DNA of 64,000 nucleotides. Origin: a virus. The translations under genes were made by a program, and so were the position numbers. Location: positions 1 to 64,000 of IMG/VR virus record IMGVR_UViG_3300022821_000015. One strand, given 5' to 3'. Shown in pieces: positions 28,572 to 37,926 of this stretch (position 1 is its first letter; each line of letters starts with the position of its first letter). Under the pieces are notes generated by a model. The model did no database searches. It had not been told where the DNA came from and worked only from the letters and a program-made list of their open reading frames with translations.

Positions 28572-29440
28572 CGTATATTACTCACCTTATCCTTTATGCT
28601 GTCTGGTAAATCAGTTAGCATTATCTCATCTATATTATGCTTGAACCACGACTGCGATACAATAGCGTATCCCCATCCCATCTGATTAGCCCATTCCGTA
28701 GCATATTTTTCCTTGGCACGGGATTTATCATTCATACACTCGGTAGGCTTTATCTCTATCAGTATACCAAGTGCTTCATTGTGAAAGTCAACTATGTAAA
28801 TGTGCTCTACACCATCATGCATATATGGTATTCTAATTTTCTCGTATTCATAATCACTGTTAATCGAGTGCCATGCAGCCTCCCACGATGATCTATATTT
28901 CATTCCGTTGTATTCTACTTGCCAGTGTGTCCAACTATTATGAATATTAGGAGTGAATTTCCCAGTCCTAATATTTTCCTTGACGCGAACAGATGATGCG
29001 TGTCGCTGTGCGATGGTAGGTGAAATACCGTACATCGGATTACCTTTCCCGATTCTATCGGTGGATAATTTCATCAACCTATCATCATTCTCCTTCGTCA
29101 ATCCTTTATTCCACGGAACAGTCCCGGTATGGCTATCCTTATTCCACGGCGTACCAGTGTTAAGGTTTTTTCTTATCTTGTCGCCGTGCTGTCTCTGACA
29201 TTCACTTCCGCCAAGGTTTGCCGCCGAAGACTTGCGTTTAGAAATATATTCGGCACGCAATGTTTGATTTTGGTGATATGCAATATCAATGTCCCAACCT
29301 GCTCGGAATCTATTCCATAGCAGGTAACCCTTCTCTACAATACCGGTGGACGTTTCGAACAACCCATCTGCCATCTGTGTCACTGTAATCTCAAATCCTG
29401 CGTCTTCCAACCTTTTGTTCCAATCAACTTTTTTTGCCAT
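28568..29440 (-). CDS. Putative homing endonuclease between the UvsW intein halves (NUMOD3-like repeats + TnsA-like PD-(D/E)XK)
   Basis: PWNK repeats, GKGNPMYG; YRSSWE...YIVDF...LIEIKP. Confidence 0.85.
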   Translation of the reverse strand: MAKKVDWNKRLEDAGFEITVTQMADGLFETSTGIVEKGYLLWNRFRAGWDIDIAYHQNQTLRAEYISKRKSSAANLGGSECQRQHGDKIRKNLNTGTPWNKDSHTGTVPWNKGLTKENDDRLMKLSTDRIGKGNPMYGISPTIAQRHASSVRVKENIRTGKFTPNIHNSWTHWQVEYNGMKYRSSWEAAWHSINSDYEYEKIRIPYMHDGVEHIYIVDFHNEALGILIEIKPTECMNDKSRAKEKYATEWANQMGWGYAIVSQSWFKHNIDEIMLTDLPDSIKDKVSNIR

Positions 29441-29496
29441 CTAAATATCCCATAAATACACCCGCTTTAGTGCGGTGTGTTCATAGTATTTATGCA
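29441..29496 (-). promoter_or_regulatory. Late promoter within an inverted repeat upstream of the endonuclease
   Basis: CATAAATAC...ACAC-A-CCGC-ACTAAA-GCGG-GT-GTATTTATG then GGATATTTAGATG. Confidence 0.55.
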
Positions 29497-30512
29497 AAGT
29501 ACGAAATTATATCATGATTAATAGTCAGATGCTTCGCCTGAACCCATCCTTCAGTAGTTTTTATTTTATGATTACCAGTTATCTCCAACACGGTATCATC
29601 GTCCATCGTAATCTCGTACATGTCTTCCGCATTAGACGATGCGAGGTTCTCGTGTCGTTTCATAACGCGATTGTACTCCATGGCACCGGTTTGTTCGTTG
29701 AGTGTCAGCACAATATCGCCTACGCTAATATCTTTAATCATCACATTCCCCTTCGATGTGCTCACTAATGTTTTTTCATCCAAACATTCATCAACAATAA
29801 CCGCCACTACCCCGTATAAAAACTCTTCGATAGTAATGCCTTCGGTTTTGGCAGCTGTCTTCTTCATAAGTGCACCAAGGCTTTGCCAAGTGCATATAGT
29901 ATGCTGAAATCCGATGTCTTTACGATCACCGTAATAGACGCCCACGTTTAGACCCATATTGATATAGTCTTCTTCCGTTTGCGTGACCAATGACTTATTC
30001 GGGACAATAACAATGGTTCGCCCTCGGTCTTCACACTTATGCGATAGAATAGCGGTTATAAGCGTTTTTCCAGCCCCTGTGGCGATTTCTTGGACACCTT
30101 GGGGGTTTTCTAGGAAACCATTGATAATCTCTACCTGATAGTCACGAACCGCCACGGGTGTTCCAGCTACGGGATGACCCTCTGGCCAGATGAAATCTTT
30201 ATATGAATCTTCTTTTACTTTTTCAAATGGTTCAACATATGAATCGTATTTGCGGCGGTCATCAAGATCGACTGTATATCCTTCTTTCTCAATATCTTCA
30301 AGAATATCAGGAAGCAGATTGATATATGTTCCGCCACCCATTTGAAAGAATGCAATCTTCCCATCCCACCGACCTAGTTTGACCGAAGGGATATGGAACG
30401 CACCCGGTACTTCATATTTGAACTTGTTGTATAACTTTTTTCGTATAGAGGTATCTAAACCAGTAACCTTACAATTGCATTCATCGTTTACTATAATTTT
30501 CGCTTTTGGCAT
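29490..30512 (-). CDS. uvsW: UvsW helicase N-part + IntN (98 aa, 29493-29786)
   Basis: RDYQ, ATGAGKT, IVDE|CLDEKTLV...ITGNHKI. Confidence 0.92.
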   Translation of the reverse strand: MPKAKIIVNDECNCKVTGLDTSIRKKLYNKFKYEVPGAFHIPSVKLGRWDGKIAFFQMGGGTYINLLPDILEDIEKEGYTVDLDDRRKYDSYVEPFEKVKEDSYKDFIWPEGHPVAGTPVAVRDYQVEIINGFLENPQGVQEIATGAGKTLITAILSHKCEDRGRTIVIVPNKSLVTQTEEDYINMGLNVGVYYGDRKDIGFQHTICTWQSLGALMKKTAAKTEGITIEEFLYGVVAVIVDECLDEKTLVSTSKGNVMIKDISVGDIVLTLNEQTGAMEYNRVMKRHENLASSNAEDMYEITMDDDTVLEITGNHKIKTTEGWVQAKHLTINHDIISYFA

Positions 30513-31173
30513 TTAAATCCTTGTATATCAAATCTGTCCAGACTGTATGCCCTTCGATATCAGGATGCCCGTAATCATCGGCTTTTGGATATGTCTCTAA
30601 GTATTGCTCCATACTTGAACCCCACATTAACCACTTATCATTGTTTATCTTATCGATGCCCATATAAGGTGGTTGCATTTGTTTAGTAATAGGATGATTA
30701 TCATCTTCAAACTGATGCAAGTAGTCATTTTCTAAAGCATTAAACATCAGATAATGGATATCTCTGTCTTCTAACATACGCTGTACAGTCCTTATATAAT
30801 ACACGGTTTGGTATAGTAAAGTCAAGTTATTATAACAGTTTTTATAATAAAACTCACGCATCTCAACTATATCGCCAAATGCTTCTCTCTCCGGTAATGC
30901 CATTGAATGCATAATGCGTATCATATCCCCATCGTGATACGGTAGCTCATATCTTTCGTGCTGTGTCCATCCGATAACAACCATATCGGGATCATTATCC
31001 AAAAGATATTCAATCGTTGTTCTAAATATTCGGGCGTTTGAACCACCGCCTTTTGCTAGTTGGTCTAAATCGCAATCATATTTTCGCTGTAACTGATATG
31101 GCCATGAATCCGATTTATTAAAGTTATCATAAACCCCTTCGGTAAAACTACAACCGTTTGTCATTAAAAGCAT
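30481..31173 (-). CDS. SGNH-hydrolase-like protein
   Basis: NGCSFT...GGSNARIFRTT...GHPDIEGH. Confidence 0.72.
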   Translation of the reverse strand: MLLMTNGCSFTEGVYDNFNKSDSWPYQLQRKYDCDLDQLAKGGGSNARIFRTTIEYLLDNDPDMVVIGWTQHERYELPYHDGDMIRIMHSMALPEREAFGDIVEMREFYYKNCYNNLTLLYQTVYYIRTVQRMLEDRDIHYLMFNALENDYLHQFEDDNHPITKQMQPPYMGIDKINNDKWLMWGSSMEQYLETYPKADDYGHPDIEGHTVWTDLIYKDLNAKSENYSKR

Positions 31174-32204
31174 TGGATTTCCATCCCTTGCTCAACGCCA
31201 CCCGTGCCATCCGCACACCGACCGCACTCATGCCCACACCGTGTAAGTGATTTTGAATCCCATGCATTATTAATCTTTAAAAACTCATTCATTATTTCTA
31301 CCATCGATCTTTTATATCCATTGATATTAAGTTTCAAATCCTTTAATTCATATCCAAAGTCGCTGTCGTATGTATGCGGGAATGATCCACCAAGCCAACA
31401 GCAAGGCCACACGTCACCGTTCGCCGCCACATATATCATTTTACTATCGATTGATTTGCATTGGATTGTTTCATAGTCAACCGATGTTGACAATATCATT
31501 TGATTGTCTATTTCGTAGTTTTGTTGCATTTGTTTTTCTAGTTTAAGATATTCATCTAGTGGAACAAGTGGTTCGGGATTGTCGCCAATCCAAAAAGGTT
31601 CACCCATGGGCGTATATGCCGCACCTTCGTTTCGGTTATCATCAAACACTTTGAATTCACTGAACCCATATTTCTCTGCTAATATTTTACAATCATTGCG
31701 TTGGTGTCGATTATGGGCAAACTCAATAAACTGCCAAGTTGCATATCCGCCAGCATCATTGAACGCACGTGCATTTTCAATGATTTTATTCCAGAATGTT
31801 TGCTGTCTATAAATCTTATGAGTATCTTCAAGCCCATCGATACCAAATGTCACTTTAAGGTTTTTACTGGCTAAGTTTTTCCACCAGTCAGGCGAACGTA
31901 ACGATCCATTGGTATGAACTTCTATTTCAACATGCGGATATTTTTCGTTTACATATTCCACAATCTCCACAAAATATGGCGATACACATGGATCGCCGTA
32001 TGTTCCACACATATCCAATACCATATTTTCATTGGAAAGTATCTGATCGAATATTGTTTTAAATTGATCCAATGTCATATCCATTATAGGGAAACCATCT
32101 CGAACACCGTATCCATTAAAGTTACGGGGGCAAAATGGACAGGCTGCATTGCACCTTGATGTTATCTCAACGTTGGCGTATTTAATATTTTGTACTGGGA
32201 ACAT
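31164..32204 (-). CDS. Radical SAM protein with SPASM/twitch domain
   Basis: CNAACPFC, YGDP, TNG, GDVWPCC; start at ATG 32204 after TAAATA. Confidence 0.9.
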   Translation of the reverse strand: MFPVQNIKYANVEITSRCNAACPFCPRNFNGYGVRDGFPIMDMTLDQFKTIFDQILSNENMVLDMCGTYGDPCVSPYFVEIVEYVNEKYPHVEIEVHTNGSLRSPDWWKNLASKNLKVTFGIDGLEDTHKIYRQQTFWNKIIENARAFNDAGGYATWQFIEFAHNRHQRNDCKILAEKYGFSEFKVFDDNRNEGAAYTPMGEPFWIGDNPEPLVPLDEYLKLEKQMQQNYEIDNQMILSTSVDYETIQCKSIDSKMIYVAANGDVWPCCWLGGSFPHTYDSDFGYELKDLKLNINGYKRSMVEIMNEFLKINNAWDSKSLTRCGHECGRCADGTGGVEQGMEIQCF

Positions 32205-32223
32205 ATAGTATTTACCATACATA

Positions 32224-32252
32224 AGAAAGGGGCAGCATTTCTGCCACCCCCT
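32224..32252 (-). terminator. Intrinsic terminator
   Basis: AGGGG(T)GGCAG-AAATG-CTGCCCCT followed by TTCTT, after the AAA ATPase. Confidence 0.5.
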
Positions 32253-32276
32253 CAAGGCTCAGTGTAAGTTGACGCC

Positions 32277-33329
32277 TTAATCCCTCATACAAGTGTTACG
32301 AACGAATGTTGTCCAATCCTTGTCACTGGTTTCCGCAAGGATGCGGCAATCTGCGATTTTCAAAGCCATCCGAAGTGAAACCTCACGTAGTTTATCTTTA
32401 TTCTCATACATAAACTCTAAGATTTCGTTTTGTTCTTCTTCAGTCAGCGTATACTTGGCTGGATTAAACAACTTGCCCGTTGCGGCGATTTGCTTTACCC
32501 GCAAGATTTTGTCTCGCATCGTGTTCAGCGTCAGGTCAAGATAATGGCACCGTGACATAAGCGCATCAAGGTGTGGCTTGATTTTTGGTGCTTTGACTTT
32601 CTCGAAGTTGACGTTCGTAATAAACATAACCGAACCTTGAAACTTGAACTTCGATGGTGCTTCTGCTTTATCCTTGCGCCCCATACGGTCACTATTCCAA
32701 GACAACCAACGTGCATCACTTGAGTCCAGTGCGGCTTTCAAGAGGTTCAACGCTTGTACATCTTCGAGAACGGTATCACAATCATCAAATACCAGAACCG
32801 AACCTTTGTCTGAGAACTCATAAAGTTTCTCGTAAAGACCTCGTGGCGACATTGCACCCTTTACCATTTCGGCTTTATGGGTTGCACCAAGATCAGTGAA
32901 CATTTGCATCTTGGATAACTCACGCTCAACACCGTATGACTTACCAACGCCCGGTGGTCCCGACACAACCACGCCGCGGATTTTACGTGCCATCATTGCT
33001 TTGGTCATTGAATCCAGCATTTCAAAGCGGGTGCTGATTTCTTCGATGCGTTCTTCATCAGTTTTATCTAGAACGATTTTCTTGTTTGGTGTGGATGCAC
33101 CAGAAAAGGCAACAGTTGAATGATACTCGTCTTCATCAACGAACTGCACATTATCGGGGGCAGTATACAAGCGGACCTTACCGAAGCTTGCGCCCAATAC
33201 TTGTGTTGCATCAACGGTTAGGAATGTTCCTTGTGTACCGTTATTAAAATTCTTTATGACAGGGAAAACCTTGTCGCTGATAATGGTCTGGCGAACCCGA
33301 CCTGTAGATACTCTTGCGTATGCAGTCAT
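32277..33329 (-). CDS. AAA+ ATPase
   Basis: GPPGVGKS, VLVFDDCD, LLKAALDS, ALMSR. Confidence 0.88.
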   Translation of the reverse strand: MTAYARVSTGRVRQTIISDKVFPVIKNFNNGTQGTFLTVDATQVLGASFGKVRLYTAPDNVQFVDEDEYHSTVAFSGASTPNKKIVLDKTDEERIEEISTRFEMLDSMTKAMMARKIRGVVVSGPPGVGKSYGVERELSKMQMFTDLGATHKAEMVKGAMSPRGLYEKLYEFSDKGSVLVFDDCDTVLEDVQALNLLKAALDSSDARWLSWNSDRMGRKDKAEAPSKFKFQGSVMFITNVNFEKVKAPKIKPHLDALMSRCHYLDLTLNTMRDKILRVKQIAATGKLFNPAKYTLTEEEQNEILEFMYENKDKLREVSLRMALKIADCRILAETSDKDWTTFVRNTCMRD

Positions 33330-33365
33330 TTGTAAACTCCGTGTATGTATTGACTTACTTTAAGC

Positions 33366-33394
33366 ATATTAAACGAAACGATTGGGTTTGTCAA
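33366..33394 (-). promoter_or_regulatory. Sigma70-type early promoter
   Basis: TTGACA-17-TAATAT. Confidence 0.65.
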
Positions 33395-33570
33395 CTGTTA
33401 TTTCGAAATTTGTCCAGTTCAATGCTGATTCCTTCACAAAGTGTTGCACACGTTAGCACCACCGCAAGTCCTAACATTACTCCAGTAGCCGTACCTGATG
33501 CACCCGTATCATGCATACCATAAAACATTGTCCAACTAATAATCGTGGTTATCATATATACATATATCAT
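33391..33570 (-). CDS. Small membrane protein (59 aa)
   Basis: Hand translation MIYVYMITTIISWTMFYG...GVMLGLAVVLTCATLCEG. Confidence 0.5.
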   Translation of the reverse strand: MIYVYMITTIISWTMFYGMHDTGASGTATGVMLGLAVVLTCATLCEGISIELDKFRNNS

Positions 33571-33884
33571 GATACAAGTATTCCTTTTTCTTTGATTAGT
33601 TTTCGACCTTCAGCGGTCATTGCAAATTCTTCAAACTCTTTTTCAGTGAACATATCACGTTCTGTGGTCAATGCATATAATCCGTGATTGTCAGGCGAAT
33701 ATCTGCCCCGCATCAACATAGCGTTAACCATATGTTCAATGCTCTTCCATTGTGCAGTGGATCGTAGTTCATCACCAGTCAGAGTATCCCAAAAATCGTC
33801 CTTCGGGTCTGGAAGGTCAATCTTGACCAGCATATCAATACCGAACGAAATCACTTCAGTATCGTAGTCAACTTTCGGTCGCAT
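33567..33884 (-). CDS. Hypothetical protein; 5' end possibly frameshifted from ATG 33931
   Basis: ORF; upstream MKIPTVLPNTDYFLIA is in another frame. Confidence 0.5.
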   Translation of the reverse strand: MRPKVDYDTEVISFGIDMLVKIDLPDPKDDFWDTLTGDELRSTAQWKSIEHMVNAMLMRGRYSPDNHGLYALTTERDMFTEKEFEEFAMTAEGRKLIKEKGILVS

Positions 33885-33971
33885 GCTATCAAGAAATAAT
33901 CAGTGTTAGGAAGAACAGTAGGTATTTTCATTTTAATACTCGGTCAATGACGCTAGGATTGCTGTTAATGT

Positions 33972-33999
33972 ATTCTACCATACCTTCCACATTTGTCAA
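33972..33999 (-). promoter_or_regulatory. Sigma70-type promoter
   Basis: TTGACA-16-TAGAAT with TG extension. Confidence 0.55.
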
Positions 34000-34011
34000 G
34001 ATAAATATTAT

Positions 34012-35004
34012 GTGTTCATAGAAAAAATAAGACAAATATTCCCCGACAGTCTAATAGTAGACGCCGCACTGAAGTATCCAATCACCGAAGATGGATGGGA
34101 AGTCGATATGCCCGAAATAGAAGATTGTCGGTTTCATTTAAAAGACTTTCGACTTATATTAATATTACAAGATATGCTTACTATAGATGACACAAGTTTA
34201 TTTCCACGTGAACTAACCCAAATACACAGTCATTATTTTAACAAGGTTGATTTAAATCAACTCATTGTGATTACTTGGCCATGTGGGTTAGCTGCCGATT
34301 GGAACCAAACAAACAGCTTTACAGTCGTGGAGTTTAGTTCGCACCAATATAACTTATGGGAAGCATATAAGCAATCTGAAGATGTATTACGTGAAGAATT
34401 CAAACACAAAGATTATGAAGATAATTTCCTTTGCATGAATAGGATTGATAAGCCTCATCGACGAGCGATATACGGTGCGATTAAAGATTGTCCCGGCAAT
34501 AGTAGCTATCAGCATATGGGAATCGAGTTAAAGTATCCCGGCTTTTCCTATACCGAATACAACAAGCATTACGATAATCTATTGAACTTACTCACGTTAA
34601 AGAAGAACTTCAATACCAGTCTATTCAGTATCATTTGTGAATCACAATACTATGAACGCTACGGTATTATTACTGAAAAAACTTTTAATGCTATGGTGGC
34701 GGGTCATCCATTTATTATGATAGGTCACCAATCCGCATTACAAGATATAAAGAGTTACGGGTTTAAAACGTTTGACAATATGTTCAATGAAGATTATGAT
34801 GCTGAAGATAATAGCAAACGTGGGGTCGATGCGCTTCACGCTAACTGGCTGATGATTGGCAAAACGATGGCAGCGAAGTCTATGTATGAACTACAGCACT
34901 ATTGCCATGATGATATTGAATATAACCGTGACTATTTCTTTAACGAGTTTGGAAACTATCTTATCAATAGTCTTCAACAGCAGTTACTCAAATCTTGGTC
35001 TTAA
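34012..35004 (+). CDS. Glycosyltransferase-like protein
   Basis: FLCMNR..KPHR...SIICES...ITEKTF...HPF...GFKTF. Confidence 0.65.
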   Translation: MFIEKIRQIFPDSLIVDAALKYPITEDGWEVDMPEIEDCRFHLKDFRLILILQDMLTIDDTSLFPRELTQIHSHYFNKVDLNQLIVITWPCGLAADWNQTNSFTVVEFSSHQYNLWEAYKQSEDVLREEFKHKDYEDNFLCMNRIDKPHRRAIYGAIKDCPGNSSYQHMGIELKYPGFSYTEYNKHYDNLLNLLTLKKNFNTSLFSIICESQYYERYGIITEKTFNAMVAGHPFIMIGHQSALQDIKSYGFKTFDNMFNEDYDAEDNSKRGVDALHANWLMIGKTMAAKSMYELQHYCHDDIEYNRDYFFNEFGNYLINSLQQQLLKSWS

Positions 35005-35420
35005 ACGGCATTGTAATCATATGGTGTGGTAAACGTAAACTTAGCTTCGGCGTTGTGGGTAATAACAAACTTCCACCAGCTCCCAGTAGCTTCATTATCA
35101 ATATCAGCCGTATGAATAACACCGCCAAAATCAATAGTTCTCCAACGCATAGCATTGCCATCGATTCGGGTTCCAAGCCATTCCACATTTCTGTCGTTAT
35201 CGGAATCGGTATACTCATCATTCATAAATGTGACTGCAAGGGTATGTGCGCCATCCGCCAAATCAAGCGTAATGGAAATAGTGGTTGGATTTAACGGATC
35301 AATCGAGGTGATATCCGTGTTCAGTGAATGCCACACATCGTCAATCATAACACATACCATTGGATTGGTTGCATCTATTTTAACGGCGGTGAAGTCAAGT
35401 TCAAAAGTGTGTTCGGTCAT
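35001..35420 (-). CDS. Carbohydrate-binding-module-like protein
   Basis: GAHTLAVTFMND...DRNV motif. Confidence 0.5.
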   Translation of the reverse strand: MTEHTFELDFTAVKIDATNPMVCVMIDDVWHSLNTDITSIDPLNPTTISITLDLADGAHTLAVTFMNDEYTDSDNDRNVEWLGTRIDGNAMRWRTIDFGGVIHTADIDNEATGSWWKFVITHNAEAKFTFTTPYDYNAV

Positions 35421-35435
35421 TATAATATCCTTCTT

Positions 35436-36200
35436 TTACTTATTTATCCAATACTTTTTTATTTTTTCATCAATCTCGTGGGGTTTTGGGTCGCCATGAC
35501 ACACGACAACAGCACAATCTTCTGGTAATATGAAAGGAATATCTGGCTGCAAATACGACGAACGTTCAGTTCCGTTGTTTATCTTGCCGCCTTTTTCAAG
35601 TTCCCATTTCCAAGACATTGCCCATTCACGTGGCCACCACGCCTTTTGATCTGGATTATTGTCAAAATATTGTGTTAGAAAATCTTGGTCGCCTCGGAAT
35701 CGGGTTATGATTCCTTGAATATTATTGCTCCATTCTTTCCATATACCCGTAACTTGTTCTGGACTAAACTTCATAATAGAACTGTTGCTTACCCGATAGT
35801 CACTAACATACTGGCGATTGAAGTCTTGGCAAATACTAAACTTATCTTGTTGATGATCGAAGAACTTATCGATGCTATTAATGATTACTAAATCTAGATC
35901 AAAATATAAAGTATTATCACCAAAGCCATTGGTGGGATCGAACATACACATTTTGAACCACCACGCCTTACGATGATCAAACATCTTGATACCGATATTA
36001 GACCAGTCGGGAATAGGAATAACACGACAAGGTATTTTACTTGCAATGCTGCTGTTATCAGTTATTACATTAAATCTTATTTCGTGTGTTGTATTACGAA
36101 CGACAGCGTTGTAAAGATTGATTACATAATCTTCACTGTATTTGTCGCCAACCCATACACAAACAACGTCAAGGGTCTTAATCGGGTGTTCCGCCAACAT
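35436..36200 (-). CDS. Glycosyltransferase (GT-A)
   Basis: CVWVGDKYSEDYV, WWFKM, LYFDLD, NSSIM, GDQD, HGDPKP. Confidence 0.85.
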   Translation of the reverse strand: MLAEHPIKTLDVVCVWVGDKYSEDYVINLYNAVVRNTTHEIRFNVITDNSSIASKIPCRVIPIPDWSNIGIKMFDHRKAWWFKMCMFDPTNGFGDNTLYFDLDLVIINSIDKFFDHQQDKFSICQDFNRQYVSDYRVSNSSIMKFSPEQVTGIWKEWSNNIQGIITRFRGDQDFLTQYFDNNPDQKAWWPREWAMSWKWELEKGGKINNGTERSSYLQPDIPFILPEDCAVVVCHGDPKPHEIDEKIKKYWINK

Positions 36201-36528
36201 CTTTTCTTTGAATATCTGCTGATAAAGGTTCTGGGTAATATACTTCAAAACATACTACATCGGTTAGTGCCCTGAACCGATGATACTCGTTCGGCTTGCA
36301 TATAGTGATGTCGCCAGCTTTTAATAAGGTAGTATCAACTAAGTCATAATCATTCTTATGAACTTCAATCTCAAGCTCGCCTTCTACTACATAAAAAGCA
36401 TTATGTTTATACGAGTGTTTATGCAGTGAACAGAATCCACCAGCCTTAATATCAATGCGGTGAAACTCCACAAATGGCGTTTCTAACAGGAGTTCAGTCT
36501 GACCCCATACTTTTCCTTGCTTGCTCAT
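36178..36528 (-). CDS. Cupin-domain protein
   Basis: GKVWG...SLHKH...FYV..G...HRF. Confidence 0.85.
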   Translation of the reverse strand: MSKQGKVWGQTELLLETPFVEFHRIDIKAGGFCSLHKHSYKHNAFYVVEGELEIEVHKNDYDLVDTTLLKAGDITICKPNEYHRFRALTDVVCFEVYYPEPLSADIQRKDVGGTPD

Positions 36529-36662
36529 TTTTTATTCTTTTTCATTTGCTTCTTTACAAAGGATACCGATTTCTCCGGTGGCATATTACCAACATCAATA
36601 TAATAAACCTTACGTGTCGGGGCACTCTGAATACGCTTTACAATAATATCATCTTCGCTCAT
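36525..36662 (-). CDS. 45-aa protein resembling the T4 gp20 portal clip segment
   Basis: Hand translation MSEDDIIVKRIQSAPTRKVYYIDVGNMPPEKSVSFVKKQMKKNKK; AGGA SD; ATGA overlap with the cupin gene. Confidence 0.7.
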   Translation of the reverse strand: MSEDDIIVKRIQSAPTRKVYYIDVGNMPPEKSVSFVKKQMKKNKK

Positions 36663-36671
36663 TTTTATTTC

Positions 36672-36992
36672 CTATCTATATGGTTGATAATATTCATACC
36701 CGTATCCCCAACGCCAAGGAAATGGTAATCGTGGATGCCCGCCTATACGAACACCGTAATACATTAATGCGGCGATTATTGGATAACCTTGACGGGTAAC
36801 AGATGATGCCAATATTAAATCAGCACGTTTTCTTTCTTCTGCTGTGCCGCCAGCCCAATAGGATTTATCATGTTCAACACAATGTCCTTCCCATGGTGGC
36901 GGGCGTCTAAGAAACGTTTTCCAAAACCAAGACATTCCGCCAGAACATCCATCGGTCGTAAAGGGTTTAGATGGTAAGTTGCTATTATTCAT
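36672..36992 (-). CDS. Hypothetical protein (phospholipase-A2-like TDGCS...CxxHD motif)
   Basis: FTTDGCSGG...CVEHDKSYWAGG...RWGYG. Confidence 0.7.
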   Translation of the reverse strand: MNNSNLPSKPFTTDGCSGGMSWFWKTFLRRPPPWEGHCVEHDKSYWAGGTAEERKRADLILASSVTRQGYPIIAALMYYGVRIGGHPRLPFPWRWGYGYEYYQPYR

Positions 36993-37047
36993 AGTTATAT
37001 TTATATGTGTATATTACTAGGATATTATTTTCCTGTATAAATACATT

Positions 37048-37800
37048 ATGTCCACATATTATTTTGATAGATTAGAAGAAGCAAAAGACGCAGAATACGT
37101 GGTTTTCATCGGGTATGACCCACTCGAAGACCAATGCGCCAAAATGTTAGCACATAGCATTCGTTCCAAAACCACAATGGATTTAAAAATCATTCCGATT
37201 GTGCGTGACGAACTGTTAGCGTATGGTATATTTGAACGTCCCGTTGATCCGAATGGTTCTACACAGTTTTCAATCACACGGTTCATGGTGCCAACATTAA
37301 TGGGATTTACAGGTATCGGGATTTTCTTTGATTGTGATATGCTGATTACACGTGATATTCATGAAATGTTTAACTTATATGATTCAAACTATGCAGTGCA
37401 ATGCGTCCGACACGATTACATACCGAAAGCTGATCCGAAGATGGGTGGCAAACCGCAGTCAACATATCCACGTAAAAACTGGTCAAGTGCGGTTATATAT
37501 AACTGCGCACATCCGTCCAATAGTGTGTTAACGAAAGGCAGCGTAGAACAATCAACGCCGCAGTTCCTTCATCGTTTTGAATGGTTAGAGGATTCCGAGA
37601 TTGGTGCATTGCCGATTGAGTTTAACTTTTTAGTTGAAGAATACGAGTTGGCTAAATCAATGCCATTCAATCTTCATCATACGTTGGGTCCGATGATATA
37701 CCGTGAAAAACTTTATGCGGATTACTCAGAGTATTGGAAGGCTCAATACCATCACACGTTCGGGAAGCCGTTTGATCCAGACATTGACTGCGTTGGGTAA
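37048..37800 (+). CDS. Glycosyltransferase (GT-A)
   Basis: VFIGYD, STQFSITRF, FFDCDM, YPRKNWSS, LHRFEWL, HHTLG. Confidence 0.85.
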   Translation: MSTYYFDRLEEAKDAEYVVFIGYDPLEDQCAKMLAHSIRSKTTMDLKIIPIVRDELLAYGIFERPVDPNGSTQFSITRFMVPTLMGFTGIGIFFDCDMLITRDIHEMFNLYDSNYAVQCVRHDYIPKADPKMGGKPQSTYPRKNWSSAVIYNCAHPSNSVLTKGSVEQSTPQFLHRFEWLEDSEIGALPIEFNFLVEEYELAKSMPFNLHHTLGPMIYREKLYADYSEYWKAQYHHTFGKPFDPDIDCVG

Positions 37801-37926
37801 TAATATCATTGCCACGATTGTTTGTTCCAAGCTTTACGGGCGTTTTCAATATATCGTCCATAGTCTGTCGCCATGATCGGGGTGGCGGGGCTTTTAACGC
37901 ATCCCAAAACTTTTCTTTATCTTTAT

